A DNA stretch of 64,000 nt from Candidatus Caldarchaeales archaeon (lineage in GTDB: Archaea > Thermoproteota > Nitrososphaeria_A > Caldarchaeales > Wolframiiraptoraceae): contig JBCNVN010000001.1 of the NCBI GenBank assembly GCA_039630055.1, positions 128,001 to 192,000 of the forward strand, read 5' to 3'. Each line of letters starts with the position of its first letter. Position 1 is the first letter of the stretch. The notes under the pieces were generated by a model. It did not search any database, was not told the DNA's origin, and saw only the letters and a list, made by a program, of their open reading frames with translations. A program made the position numbers and the translations under genes. Of this stretch, positions 29,900 to 40,543 are shown in pieces.

Positions 29900-30343
29900 C
29901 TAAATCTTTCTAACAGAGTTTTTCGCACCACAGATTTCACATAGTATAAACCTAAACCTCTTCTCTGCAATTATCTTAGTATCTAGTCCTCCACAAACAG
30001 GACATTTTACAAACTCTTTAACATAAAGCTCTAAAAGCCTCCTCAATTCTTCATTCAAGATCTTCCCCTGTATCAAGAGCCTCTCTCCTTCTAGTGTCCC
30101 AGGTTTTCCAGACTCTTTGAAGATGAATCTAGCAAGGTGTGAAGGTTCTCTATTTAGTACGTCAGATATCTGTGTAAAGTTGGTTATAATAGTCCTCTTC
30201 GTCTCATGTACTATGATGGGGTTAACTACTAGTATTCTATCACCAATCTTACCTAGAGTTTGTGGAAGATTGGCCATAACATTATCTAAGAGCTTTTCAT
30301 ATCCTTCTCTTGTCTTCGCGAATTTACCCCAGTCTTCAACCAT
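29900..30343 (-). CDS. eif2b: Translation initiation factor 2 beta subunit
   Basis: TIITNF, LNREPSHL, Zn ribbon CPVC...CEICGA. Confidence 0.94.
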   Translation of the reverse strand: MVEDWGKFAKTREGYEKLLDNVMANLPQTLGKIGDRILVVNPIIVHETKRTIITNFTQISDVLNREPSHLARFIFKESGKPGTLEGERLLIQGKILNEELRRLLELYVKEFVKCPVCGGLDTKIIAEKRFRFILCEICGAKNSVRKI

Positions 30344-30466
30344 TGCTCTACATACACCCGTGAATGGTATACTGAGACTGTAAATTAAACTTTCAGTTGA
30401 ACGAATCTATCTATAACTTGAAATAGGAATGTTAATGAGTAGCTGAAGCCTAATATGATCAAGTGA

Positions 30467-31795
30467 GTGAATGTGGGGATAAGACCCTACTGGATAAAAG
30501 ATCCGAGTATTAGTAGTCTGGGTAAGAAGAAGATATACTGGGCTGAGCGGGAGATGCCTGTCCTAGCATCGATTAGAAAAAGATTCTCTATTGAAGAGCC
30601 TTTAAAGAATCTAAGGATTGGCGCCTGCCTCCACATAACTAAAGAGACAGCTGTACTTGTTAAGACGCTGAGGGATGCTGGTGCAGAGGTTTATCTTTGT
30701 GCATCAAATCCGTTGAGCACTCAAGATGATGTCGCTGCAGCCCTTGTAGATGATGGATTTCACGTATTTGGATGGAGGGGTATGGGTCAGAGAGAATACT
30801 ATGAATCCATAGGATATGTATTAAGGAGTAGACCAAACATAACTATAGATGATGGAGCAGACCTCGTCTCATCCATACATAAAATATACTATGGTAAACT
30901 AACAGATGAAACATCTTTTGTTAAGAGTGTTTTAGGAGATCTATCAATTGAGATGATCTTGAAGAATATTATAGGTGGATGCGAGGAAACCACTACTGGA
31001 GTATACCGTCTTAAATCTTTAGCGAGAGAAGGTGCCCTTCTCTATCCTATCATAGCTGTAAATGATGCTCTTTCCAAGAGCCTCTTTGATAACCCGATCG
31101 GTACAGGACAATCAACTCTAGACGGAGTTATGAGGGCCACGAATATACTTATTGCTGGAAAAGATGTCGTAATAGTAGGATATGGAAGGGTTGGCTCTGG
31201 GATAGCTAACAGATTTAGAGGGCTTGGTGCGAGGGTAACGATTGTAGAAGTAGACCCTATAAATGCTTTGAGAGCCGCTATGGAAGGATTCAATGTAGAA
31301 TCAATGCTTAAGGCCTCGAATCATGGAGATATATTCATAACAGCCACCGGTAATATAAACGTAATCAGAAGAGAACATTTCCAGGTTATGAAGGATGGTG
31401 CAATATTAGCGAATGCTGGACATTTCGATGTAGAGATATGTAAAAAAGATCTGGAAGATTTAAGTGTAAAAGTTGAGAAGCCATCTGATCATATAACTAC
31501 GTATGTGATGAAGGATGGGAGAAGGTTGCATCTACTAGGAGAGGGTAGGCTTGTAAACCTTGCATGTGCCGAGGGCCATCCAAGCACGGTCATGGATATG
31601 TCCTTCAGCCTCCAAGCGCTATCAGCCGAATACATAGCAAGAAACGTTGGAAAACTGCCTAGAGATGTACTGCCTGTACCGAGGGAGATAGATCTCAAGG
31701 TTGCTAAACTTAAACTAGATTCGATGGGGCTGGAATTGGAAGAGATGACCGAGGAACAGAGAATTTACTTAGAGTCTTGGCATATGGGAACATAG
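30467..31795 (+). CDS. ahcY: Adenosylhomocysteinase
   Basis: CLHITKET, SNPLSTQD, DDGAD, EETTTG, KSLFDN, GYGRVG, GHFD, GRLVNL..EGHP. Confidence 0.96.
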   Translation: MNVGIRPYWIKDPSISSLGKKKIYWAEREMPVLASIRKRFSIEEPLKNLRIGACLHITKETAVLVKTLRDAGAEVYLCASNPLSTQDDVAAALVDDGFHVFGWRGMGQREYYESIGYVLRSRPNITIDDGADLVSSIHKIYYGKLTDETSFVKSVLGDLSIEMILKNIIGGCEETTTGVYRLKSLAREGALLYPIIAVNDALSKSLFDNPIGTGQSTLDGVMRATNILIAGKDVVIVGYGRVGSGIANRFRGLGARVTIVEVDPINALRAAMEGFNVESMLKASNHGDIFITATGNINVIRREHFQVMKDGAILANAGHFDVEICKKDLEDLSVKVEKPSDHITTYVMKDGRRLHLLGEGRLVNLACAEGHPSTVMDMSFSLQALSAEYIARNVGKLPRDVLPVPREIDLKVAKLKLDSMGLELEEMTEEQRIYLESWHMGT

Positions 31796-32239
31796 CTACA
31801 TTATTTTTCCAGACTCTTTCTCTCTAATCTGAGCTGAAAGAGCATCAATAATATTTTTCAGCTCATTCTCTCTCCTTACATATTGTTCTAGCCTCTGTTC
31901 ATATGATTGGATTAGCTTCACTATGTTCTCCTTCCTCCTCTCCACGATCTCCCTACCTTCTTGAAGAGTCTTCGTAACTATCACACCTGCACCTATGCTT
32001 ACCTCAATCTTTCCACTATCTGTAATCTCTGCATGTACATAGTTTCCACCACCTATAGGCACAAGTATCTTCATAGATGATGTATTCTTAGACATTTCTT
32101 CTATAAAGTTTAAGGCTCCCTCATACTCTGCTACTAGAGCTTGTAGAGCTGAGATCCTAGTCCTCGCCTCATTTATCAACTGTTCTATAAGCTGTAGTTC
32201 TCCGACAGCTCTATTAAGTTGATCTTCTAAACTGGACAA
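31796..32239 (-). CDS. pfdA: Prefoldin alpha subunit
   Basis: Coiled coils flanking ILVPIGGG...VSIGAG. Confidence 0.92.
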   Translation of the reverse strand: MSSLEDQLNRAVGELQLIEQLINEARTRISALQALVAEYEGALNFIEEMSKNTSSMKILVPIGGGNYVHAEITDSGKIEVSIGAGVIVTKTLQEGREIVERRKENIVKLIQSYEQRLEQYVRRENELKNIIDALSAQIREKESGKIM

Positions 32240-32367
32240 CCTTTACACCTTTAGAAGATCTTACAAAAGTTCTTATAAGCTTTTAACTTATTATCTCTCT
32301 AAAAATTAATCAAATAAACTAACATATATATAATCTAGTACTATTTGAGATTGGAGGTAGATAATAT

Positions 32368-32715
32368 TTGAAGATTAGAGATGCTCAGAAGATGATTCTA
32401 GACTTTGAGAATAGTAGGAGATGGACAGTCTTTAGAGAATCTCAGATATTCACTCATCTAGTAGAAGAAGTATCTGAGATTGGTAGACACATCCTTTCCA
32501 GAGAAGGATATAAAGTCAGCGGACTTGGACATGAGGTAGCTCAGGGCGAAGCTGCCAGAGAGTTCGCACAAGCTTTCATCCTCTTTCTCCAGTTGGCTAA
32601 TAGAATGAATGTTGACCTCGAGGAAGCATTCATCAAAGAGATGGAGATTATGAAGGAAAGATTCGATATGGAGAAGTGGAGAAAGTATCTGGAGGAGGCT
32701 AATTTTAAGGTTTGA
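32368..32715 (+). CDS. MazG-like nucleotide pyrophosphohydrolase
   Basis: HLVEEVSEI, EFA..F..QLAN...DLEEAF..EM. Confidence 0.75.
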   Translation: MKIRDAQKMILDFENSRRWTVFRESQIFTHLVEEVSEIGRHILSREGYKVSGLGHEVAQGEAAREFAQAFILFLQLANRMNVDLEEAFIKEMEIMKERFDMEKWRKYLEEANFKV

Positions 32716-33721
32716 GCAATATTCTTCCAAAATGCTTTCTTTCTCTGACGATCCTATGTGCTTGTTCAGCATGTTCTAATGGAAGTACGGATACGATAGG
32801 TTTAACGAATCCTCTGACTATTAGATCTAAAGCCTCTACCAGCTCCTTCTTAGTACATGATATTGAACCAGCTATGCTGACCTCTTTTAAGATTATCTGT
32901 CCAGCCATGAAGGGTATAGGCTGGGGTTTAATATTTCCAACTTGAATTATTCTACCTCCCCATTTCACAGACTTCAAGCTCTCTAAAATCGTTGCACCTA
33001 CACAGTCTAAGACCATGTCTACTCCAACATCATTTGTAAGATTTTTTACTATATTTGAGAATATGCCATCCTTCGAGATAACTACTTGGTCTGCACCTAT
33101 CTTATACAATATATCCGAATACTCAGCTCTTCCTGTAACTGCTATAACCTCTGCCCCATAAGACTTGGCTAGCTGGATTGCATGTACTCCAACCCCTCCA
33201 CTAGCTCCAGTGATCAAAACCTTCTCACCCTCAGATAATCCTCCTCTTATCTTCAAAGCATGTATCAACGTTCCTACTACACATGCAGCGATAGCTGCGG
33301 CCTCATCCGAGACCTCTTCCGAAGTTTTTACTAAGCTTCTATAATCTGTTTTAAGATACTCTGCATAGGAGCCATCTAAATCCTCACCGAACCATAATCT
33401 CCTCCTACAAATGTTCTCCCGACCCTGAATGCATTCACTACACATACTGCATGGAATATAGGTCAATCCTGCAACCTTATCTCCCCTCTTGAATCCTTCT
33501 ACTCTCTCACCTAACTCGACTATGCGTCCACATATCTCATGTCCGATAATTATTGGAAGCCTCGTCTTGGGAAAATATCCATCAACTGTTAAAATATCCC
33601 TATAGCATACCCCGGTCATCTCAATCTTCAAGAGTACTTCATCAGCTCCAAGCTTAGTCTCAACTCCTACTTCTTCTATCTTTAATGGAGAATGAAATTC
33701 TCTTAATACTATGGCCTTCAA
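32705..33721 (-). CDS. Zn-dependent medium-chain dehydrogenase/reductase (acryloyl-CoA reductase-like)
   Basis: GVCYRD, GHE, CSMCSEC..C, TGASGGVG. Confidence 0.85.
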   Translation of the reverse strand: MKAIVLREFHSPLKIEEVGVETKLGADEVLLKIEMTGVCYRDILTVDGYFPKTRLPIIIGHEICGRIVELGERVEGFKRGDKVAGLTYIPCSMCSECIQGRENICRRRLWFGEDLDGSYAEYLKTDYRSLVKTSEEVSDEAAAIAACVVGTLIHALKIRGGLSEGEKVLITGASGGVGVHAIQLAKSYGAEVIAVTGRAEYSDILYKIGADQVVISKDGIFSNIVKNLTNDVGVDMVLDCVGATILESLKSVKWGGRIIQVGNIKPQPIPFMAGQIILKEVSIAGSISCTKKELVEALDLIVRGFVKPIVSVLPLEHAEQAHRIVRERKHFGRILLKP

Positions 33722-33733
33722 TAATCTACTACC

Positions 33734-34348
33734 TCATAGCAAGGTTTGTGCAGCAGCTATCGAACCATATCTAGCCTTGTTAAGATCATTTGCACCAGCT
33801 ATTATGATTACATCGCCTTCTTCAGGTTTGAACTTTTCAATAATCCTTTTTGAGAATTCTGGTCTCTCATCAGATAATACGCTGATGTTAGGCATGTGGA
33901 GCTTACCATCCACATAAATCATAATTAAAGCTGCTTCCGCCTCACTTTTAATTGCTGCATCTCTCTGCTCCAATCCTCTTCTTACTAGATGTGAGCGGCC
34001 CCTCACAACTATACCATAGTTGGATGCATAACTCCATGGAAGCTCAATATCAACATGACCTACTTCTCTGATAATGCTAGTTATTTGATTGTATATGCTC
34101 ATTCCTCTAGATGTTAAACTGCAGCCCTTACTAGTAATCTTAGCTATCTTAGCTTCTACAAGCCTATTCAACATATTTCTGACTACACCCTCTCCTAATC
34201 GAAGATCTTTACTTATCTTCTTCCTACCAACCGGAGCTTCTTTACCTAGATAAAGTAGTAATGTCAGCATCTGGGTAGATGAAAATGATGGTGATGGACC
34301 AGGCCGGACCTTTACCAATTCATCTAATATCTTGTGAATACTTCCCAA
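33734..34348 (-). CDS. wHTH plus DUF4443-like protein
   Basis: VGRKKISKDLRLGEGVVR HTH, GLEQRDAAIK. Confidence 0.75.
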   Translation of the reverse strand: MGSIHKILDELVKVRPGPSPSFSSTQMLTLLLYLGKEAPVGRKKISKDLRLGEGVVRNMLNRLVEAKIAKITSKGCSLTSRGMSIYNQITSIIREVGHVDIELPWSYASNYGIVVRGRSHLVRRGLEQRDAAIKSEAEAALIMIYVDGKLHMPNISVLSDERPEFSKRIIEKFKPEEGDVIIIAGANDLNKARYGSIAAAQTLL

Positions 34349-34492
34349 CTAGATCTATGATCATCATCCTCATAGAGCTTAAAAATATTTTTCCTGATAT
34401 TTCTCAAAATTCTCTTTTCTCTCTAATAGAAGCGATAAGAAACTCTGTTGGAAGAATCTTCCAGTCTTACTGCCATGATTTTATCGGAGAAA

Positions 34493-35401
34493 TTAATGCT
34501 GGATCAATAATTGTTGGAATAATTTTTTGTTAAAAGGTTCAAGGTCTTCAAGCCTCTGACCTACTCCAACAAATAATAGGGGTCGTCCTATCGTATAGCT
34601 TATAGAGAGTGCCGCTCCACCTCTAGCATCGGCGTCAAGCTTGGCTAAGATAACATAATCTATCCCAACATATTCATTGAATCTCTTAGCTTGTTCCACG
34701 ACCACGTTACCCAAGAGTGCGTCTCCGACATATATCACTAGGTCGGGCTTTACAACCCTCTTGATCTTCTTCATCTCTTCCAGCAGATTTATATCTATCT
34801 CGGTTCTACCAGCTGTATCTATCAAGACCAGCGGTATATTATCTGCACGAGCGCTCATTACAGCATCTAGAGCGACCGCTGCTGGATCAGCTCCATACCT
34901 CTGACTAATAACTCTAACTTTAATCGACTCTGCCAACCTCTTAATCTGTTCTATTGCTCCAGCTCTAAAAGTATCTGAAGCAGCGATAACTGAGCTATAC
35001 CCTCTATCTTTAAAGAATTTAGCGACCTTGACTACTGTTGTAGTCTTCCCTCCACCATTCGGTCCAACAAAGAGGATAATGAATGGATCTCCTTTCTTCT
35101 TCTCTTCTAATCTCTCTAGAACCTCCTCTACACTTCTCTCAGGAGGCAATACTTCTCCAACAATATTAGACATAATCTCTCTAACTTGACTAGATGGATC
35201 GGTAAATCTCTTAAACTTGAATTTAGAAAGCTCTTCTCTCAATCTTTCACATAGTTTATCTGCTACCTCTACCGCCACATCACTGGAGATAAGCTGTAAC
35301 CTGAATTCATCGATAAACTTTTCTATGTCTTTTTCCGATAGCTCAGACATCTTAATTTTTTCCAACATCCCTGAGAAAGCCTTCTTGAGATTCTCAAACA
35401 T
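34493..35401 (-). CDS. ftsY: Signal recognition particle receptor FtsY
   Basis: GPNGGGKTTT, DTFRAGAIEQ, DTAGR, KLDADARGG, GVGQ. Confidence 0.96.
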   Translation of the reverse strand: MFENLKKAFSGMLEKIKMSELSEKDIEKFIDEFRLQLISSDVAVEVADKLCERLREELSKFKFKRFTDPSSQVREIMSNIVGEVLPPERSVEEVLERLEEKKKGDPFIILFVGPNGGGKTTTVVKVAKFFKDRGYSSVIAASDTFRAGAIEQIKRLAESIKVRVISQRYGADPAAVALDAVMSARADNIPLVLIDTAGRTEIDINLLEEMKKIKRVVKPDLVIYVGDALLGNVVVEQAKRFNEYVGIDYVILAKLDADARGGAALSISYTIGRPLLFVGVGQRLEDLEPFNKKLFQQLLIQH

Positions 35402-35472
35402 TCCAAGTAACCATCTGTAAGGTCTAAATTTAAGATTAAACCAACCTTCCAGTAATCAACTTATCTTTTATC

Positions 35473-36126
35473 CTATATCTTCTTAGACTCTGCTTCTAAT
35501 GCATCTATCAATAGCTTGGCGCCTAGCAAAAGGTCTCTAGCATTTAGATAATATCTCACAGAGTAGTTGTAAGATATGTTTGCAGCAGGTTGCGAGTAAT
35601 CTTCTCTGCCTGCCTTCCATAATTGAGTTAATAACTGAACCTTGGGTAAGAGATAGAATGAGTAGCTTATTCCTCCAAGCTTCTCTCTTCTTCCACCAAT
35701 CCTTTTACATGCCAGCTCGTATTTTTCAGGATAACTACCGAAAGTTCTCAAGAACGGTCTCACTACCGCTCTCCTAAACATCTCTAGATACTTCTTTGAC
35801 TCTGGAAGTTTCTCAAACGGTATCCAGGTCTCAGAAGTTCTAGCTACTGTTGAATATGCGAGATATCTTAAAATTACCAATGCTAACTCTTTTGGAGGAG
35901 GTTTTCCAGAAACAAGGTCTACGATTTCTCTGCTATCTACTTCTACAGAATAAGTTTTGTTCAAGAAGTTCACGATAAATCTCCTATATCCTTTTCTCCC
36001 ACTACCCTTCAAGTATACTACGTTACACTTCTTACCAATCTCCTCTCCCTCAAGCTTAGTTAAATCAATAAATGCGGTGGATATCTCCTCATCGATTGAT
36101 GGAGTGTAGATGTCTTTAAATAACAG
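35473..36126 (-). CDS. DUF3786-like protein; probable CTG start at 36126 (ORF track starts at 36012)
   Basis: VNFLN..Y, LVILRYL, WIPFEKLP, LLPKV. Frame stays open upstream and GGAGG lies 9 nt before the CTG. Confidence 0.7.
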   Translation of the reverse strand: MLFKDIYTPSIDEEISTAFIDLTKLEGEEIGKKCNVVYLKGSGRKGYRRFIVNFLNKTYSVEVDSREIVDLVSGKPPPKELALVILRYLAYSTVARTSETWIPFEKLPESKKYLEMFRRAVVRPFLRTFGSYPEKYELACKRIGGRREKLGGISYSFYLLPKVQLLTQLWKAGREDYSQPAANISYNYSVRYYLNARDLLLGAKLLIDALEAESKKI

Positions 36127-36267
36127 TTTTGATAACCTCCTCTCTGACTGGTCTAGGTATTTAGATATTATCCAGATCTTTTAACTCTTTCGCATATTAC
36201 TCGAAGCTAAAAGATAAAAGAGTTTAGAATTTTTTACCAAGTTTGTCAACATTTTACTGATGTATAC

Positions 36268-37107
36268 ATGGGGGATAGAGTTTTAAAGCAGACACTGTTC
36301 GAATTAATAACGGTCGGTTACGAGATTCTCGATGGTAGAATTCTAAACACTAACTCAAAATGGCTTGCGGAAAAGATAACCGGTATGGGTGGAAGAATTA
36401 CTAGGATGATTACGATAGGAGATTCTATCCCTGATATAAAATCATCTATTAGAGATGCTCTTAAAAGAGGTGTGGACTGGATTATAACCTCCGGTGGGCT
36501 TGGACCTACATATGATGACTTAACTCTTCAAGGTGTTGGAAAGGCGTTGAATAGAAGACTGGTCTTAAATACTAAAGCATATGAGATGCTTAAAGAGAGA
36601 TATGTAAAGCTTGCAGAAGAAGGAGTGGTTGAATCATCTGAGCTGACTCCTGCAAGATTAAAGATGGCGATGCTTCCAAGAGGTTCTAAACCTCTACGTA
36701 ACCCAGTTGGATCTGCTCCGGGAGTTCTGATAAAGCATGGGAGAACTTTTATCGCATGCTTACCGGGCGTTCCAGCAGAATTGCAAAGTATATTCGAAGA
36801 AGAATTGCAGCCTATCATAATTAAGACTATTAGGAAGGTTTATAGAGCTGATAGAGTACTCCGCATAAGAAGAATTGCAGAATCCAGCCTCGCCCCCAAG
36901 ATTGAGGAACTAGTTAGAAGATATCCGGAAACCTATATCAAATCCCATCCAAAATCGATAGAAGCGGGAATCTCTAGAATAGAGATCCAGATCTCTTCCA
37001 TGGCAAATAGAGAGGTGCAGGCTATGAAGAGAGTAGAAGAAGTTGAGAAGATTATTAGGAAAATCATAATGGAGATGGGTGGAGAGATTGAACCCCAAAC
37101 TGAATAA
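36268..37107 (+). CDS. CinA-like molybdopterin-binding domain protein (COG1058)
   Basis: TVGYEILDGRILNTNSKWLA, SGGLGPTYDDLT, NPVGSAPG, LPGVP.E, YIKSHP. Confidence 0.9.
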   Translation: MGDRVLKQTLFELITVGYEILDGRILNTNSKWLAEKITGMGGRITRMITIGDSIPDIKSSIRDALKRGVDWIITSGGLGPTYDDLTLQGVGKALNRRLVLNTKAYEMLKERYVKLAEEGVVESSELTPARLKMAMLPRGSKPLRNPVGSAPGVLIKHGRTFIACLPGVPAELQSIFEEELQPIIIKTIRKVYRADRVLRIRRIAESSLAPKIEELVRRYPETYIKSHPKSIEAGISRIEIQISSMANREVQAMKRVEEVEKIIRKIIMEMGGEIEPQTE

Positions 37108-37178
37108 TCATATCCTCGAAAATGCCAGTCGGATAAAAGCATATTTTTATTTCTTAGGTTGGTATAATCTTAATCTAG

Positions 37179-37565
37179 ATGAAGACTATAGATACGTTTA
37201 GGAACAGAACAGGAGAGTTTAAACAAGCGATAGTAGTTAGAAGCGACCTGAATATGAGTATTGGGAAGACCGCGGTTCAGGTAGCTCATGCATCTCTATC
37301 TGCTGCTGAAGAATGTAGAAGGATTCATCCAGAATGGTACGATAGATGGATTAGAGAAGGTCAGAAGAAGATAGTTCTAAAAGTCAGAGGCTCTCAGGCT
37401 CTCTACGACCTTTTTGGAAAAGCTAAAGATATGGATCTTCCAGTAGCAATAATAGAAGATGCAGGATTGACAGAGCTAGAACCTGGAACGACAACCGCTC
37501 TAGGCATAGGTCCAGCACCCAATGAGAAGATAGATAAGATTACTGGAAGCCTACCACTACTATAG
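37179..37565 (+). CDS. pth2: Peptidyl-tRNA hydrolase Pth2
   Basis: KQAIVVRSDL.M..GK..QVAHA, GQKKIVLK, DAGLTE, GIGP. Confidence 0.95.
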   Translation: MKTIDTFRNRTGEFKQAIVVRSDLNMSIGKTAVQVAHASLSAAEECRRIHPEWYDRWIREGQKKIVLKVRGSQALYDLFGKAKDMDLPVAIIEDAGLTELEPGTTTALGIGPAPNEKIDKITGSLPLL

Positions 37566-37634
37566 CAAAATTATGATTCTATCCTCGTATTATTCTATCA
37601 TGCTTATATTAGGATTAATCAAGTAGATTATTAG

Positions 37635-39005
37635 ATGGATGGCTATAAGCCTATACTAAGATCTCTTAAATCTACTGACATCGAGGAGTTTATTGGAATA
37701 TCTAGATATATCTCTACTACAAAAGGTGTAGGAGGAATTATAAAATCTAGAGTAGAGGATTTCATGATCTGGGAGGTCCTCCAGAGTGGAGAAGACTCTG
37801 TAAGAGTGTTTGAATCAAACCTTTTTAGAGGAGGTTATGGGGAACAACTACTATGTGTGATGAAGAAAGTCAAGCTAGATTCTATTAGAGCTGTCAGTTT
37901 AATTGCTAAAACTTTAAAGATAAAGAGTGTTAATATAGGGTTATGTGGAATAAAAGATAAGGCGAGCATTAGTTGGCAGTATGTAACGATACCTGCAAAT
38001 TTTTCAGGTTTTCCACAACCTTTTAAGATAAACAACTTCATAGAAGTCAAACCATTCAAATATGTTCCATACAAGGTCTCCCCACGTATGCTTTGGAAAA
38101 ACGTCTTCAAGATAAAAATTAGAAGCCCAAAATACAACGACATAGAGTTAATCAATGAAACTATAAGAGAGTTAAGTTCTAAGGGTGTCCCAAACTATTA
38201 TGGTCATCAACGTTTCGGTATAACTAGACCTATCACATCTATAGTTGGGAAACTTATAATTAAAGATAGATTAGAAGAAGCCGTATCTGCATTCCTCTCA
38301 GAATATTCTATTCTAGAAAGTAGTAGGAGTAGAGAAGTAAGGAGGATGATAGCTGAATGCTGGAATTTGAAATGGGCTATAGAATCGATGCCTAAAAGCC
38401 TCGTTTATGAAGTGAAGATGATGAGATCTCTCATAGAGGATCCGGAAGATTATGTAAAATGTCTAAGAGTTCTGCCTCTGAGACTGAGAAGACTAATAGT
38501 CGAGTCTGTAGCCTCCGAGATATTCAACAAATCCCTTTCAAAGATAATAGAAGAAGATAAATTCAATGAAGTAGAGGTTGGAGACTTAGTCTTATCTGTA
38601 GATCCTTTAGGACGTGTAAGAAGGGAGAGACCGATAATGGTTACCGAGAGAAATCTTAAACAGATTAGTGAGATGGTTAAAGACAAGAAGATGGTGGTGG
38701 TATTACCTGTTCCCGGCTATCTTTCACCGATACCTAGAAGTTCAAAGGGTGAGAAGCTACTAGCAGTAATGGAAGAAGAAGGAGTCACCTTTGATGATTT
38801 TAAAGTTAAAGCTCTTCCCGAGGCCTCTACTAAAGGTTCACTTAGACCGATATCTATTCCATTCTGGAGTTTCTTTGTAGAGTCGATCAATGATGAGTCT
38901 ATAAATATCGAACTATCCCTACCACCAAGCGCTTATGCGACGGTCTTCCTAAGAGAGATAATGAAGCCTGATAATCCATTAGCATATATTGGAATCGGTG
39001 GATAA
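37635..39005 (+). CDS. truD: tRNA pseudouridine(13) synthase
   Basis: IKSRVEDF, GIKDK, PNYYGHQRFG, LPPSAYATVFLREIMK. Confidence 0.92.
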   Translation: MDGYKPILRSLKSTDIEEFIGISRYISTTKGVGGIIKSRVEDFMIWEVLQSGEDSVRVFESNLFRGGYGEQLLCVMKKVKLDSIRAVSLIAKTLKIKSVNIGLCGIKDKASISWQYVTIPANFSGFPQPFKINNFIEVKPFKYVPYKVSPRMLWKNVFKIKIRSPKYNDIELINETIRELSSKGVPNYYGHQRFGITRPITSIVGKLIIKDRLEEAVSAFLSEYSILESSRSREVRRMIAECWNLKWAIESMPKSLVYEVKMMRSLIEDPEDYVKCLRVLPLRLRRLIVESVASEIFNKSLSKIIEEDKFNEVEVGDLVLSVDPLGRVRRERPIMVTERNLKQISEMVKDKKMVVVLPVPGYLSPIPRSSKGEKLLAVMEEEGVTFDDFKVKALPEASTKGSLRPISIPFWSFFVESINDESINIELSLPPSAYATVFLREIMKPDNPLAYIGIGG

Positions 39006-39170
39006 GTTGATTTATCGGATTAAGTATATAGGTATGACTTATCAGATAGTTTATAACCTTAATATATAAAATATGTATTCAGGTATATCTTCATCTCAGT
39101 TCGGTCAACGTTTAACTGTTTCCACATAATTTATATCTATCTTCTACCACTACTTGGGAGGATTGAGAAA

Positions 39171-39806
39171 TTGTATATAGAAAGAAGTAGGAATGCTTAT
39201 CTAACATGGACAATAATATTTATTAATGTTATCATCTTCTTACTGGTCAATCTTAATCCAACCCTAGTCCTCTATCTCGGAGCAATACCGATCTATACAA
39301 TTCTTCTGAGAGAGCCTTATAGATTGATAACATCTATGTTTACCCATTACGATCCAGTCCACCTATTATTCAACATGTTTGCACTCTTTATATTCGGTCC
39401 AGACATAGAGAGAACAGTAGGCAAGACAAAGTATCTGGTCCTCTACTTTATTAGTGGTTTGATAGCTGCATTCTTTCATGCATATTATGTATATATATTC
39501 TTTCCAATTAGAACTCTATTAACTACTCCGGCCATAGGTGCTTCCGGTGCAATCTATGGAATTATGGCCGCTTATGGTGTCTTGTTCCCATTGAGAAGAT
39601 TAGTAGCCTTCATAGGTTTTCCAATAATGGCTCCAGCGATAATTGTAATCATTATCCTCGCATTAATCCAGACATTATATGCATTTGTTGCCCCATTCTC
39701 TCAAGTTGCCTATGCAGCTCATGTAGGAGGCTTCGTAGCAGGATTGATCATAACAATATTCTATAGACCAGGTTTAAAAAGGCCGACAATCACCCCATAC
39801 TTTTAA
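39171..39806 (+). CDS. Rhomboid family intramembrane serine protease
   Basis: YRLITSMFTH..HLLFNM, GASGA, AHVGG. Confidence 0.93.
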   Translation: MYIERSRNAYLTWTIIFINVIIFLLVNLNPTLVLYLGAIPIYTILLREPYRLITSMFTHYDPVHLLFNMFALFIFGPDIERTVGKTKYLVLYFISGLIAAFFHAYYVYIFFPIRTLLTTPAIGASGAIYGIMAAYGVLFPLRRLVAFIGFPIMAPAIIVIIILALIQTLYAFVAPFSQVAYAAHVGGFVAGLIITIFYRPGLKRPTITPYF

Positions 39807-39882
39807 TACTTTTGGATACCAGATAAGGCTAAATTAGAGTTAGAGTAAATTTGAGATGAATAAACTAATAGAGGTCTGAGTC

Positions 39883-40542
39883 ATGGCTCTCGACCATTTC
39901 TGTTTCCTTAGGAGGCTACCTAAGAAGACAGGCATATTCGGGTATACTTTAGCGAACTCAAAGAGCATTTTAGAAAGTATAGTTGAAGAAGTTGTTCCAA
40001 TTGAAGAGAGAGAAGAAGCGCTTAAAGAGTATGGTATTAACAAGCCTTTAAAGATCATAAAAGATGGAGAAGTCAATTATGTTATCCAAGTTATAAAGAA
40101 CAATTCATTGGTACGGTATCTAGTTAACTGGGGTAGAATGGCCTCCCTATGGCCTGCCCATATAACGACTGCATGTTGTAGTGTAGAGTTTGGAGCGATA
40201 TCTAGCTCGAGATACGATCCTGAGAGGTTCGGCTGGTTACCTGCCACCGGCACACTCAGACAGTCTGATGTACTATTGATAGAGGGGACGGTGAATATTA
40301 AGATGGCTCAAAGGGTTCGAATGGTCTATGACCAGATGCCCAGTCCCAAATGGGTTATAGCTATGGGAGCATGCGCCATATCTGGAGGTCTATATGCTAA
40401 AGATTCATACAATGTAATTCAAGGGTTAAATGATATAGTGCCCGTAGATGTATACGTTCCAGGATGCCCTCCAAGACCAGAAGCATTATTCCAAGGATTA
40501 TTGCTTCTAAGAGACAAGATCCTGAAGTCGAGGTTGGAGTAG
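39883..40542 (+). CDS. nuoB: Complex I-like subunit B (start uncertain)
   Basis: TACCSVE, RYDPERFG, RQSD, PKWVIAMGAC, PVDVYVPGCPPRPE. Confidence 0.93.
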   Translation: MALDHFCFLRRLPKKTGIFGYTLANSKSILESIVEEVVPIEEREEALKEYGINKPLKIIKDGEVNYVIQVIKNNSLVRYLVNWGRMASLWPAHITTACCSVEFGAISSSRYDPERFGWLPATGTLRQSDVLLIEGTVNIKMAQRVRMVYDQMPSPKWVIAMGACAISGGLYAKDSYNVIQGLNDIVPVDVYVPGCPPRPEALFQGLLLLRDKILKSRLE

Positions 40543-40543
40543 A

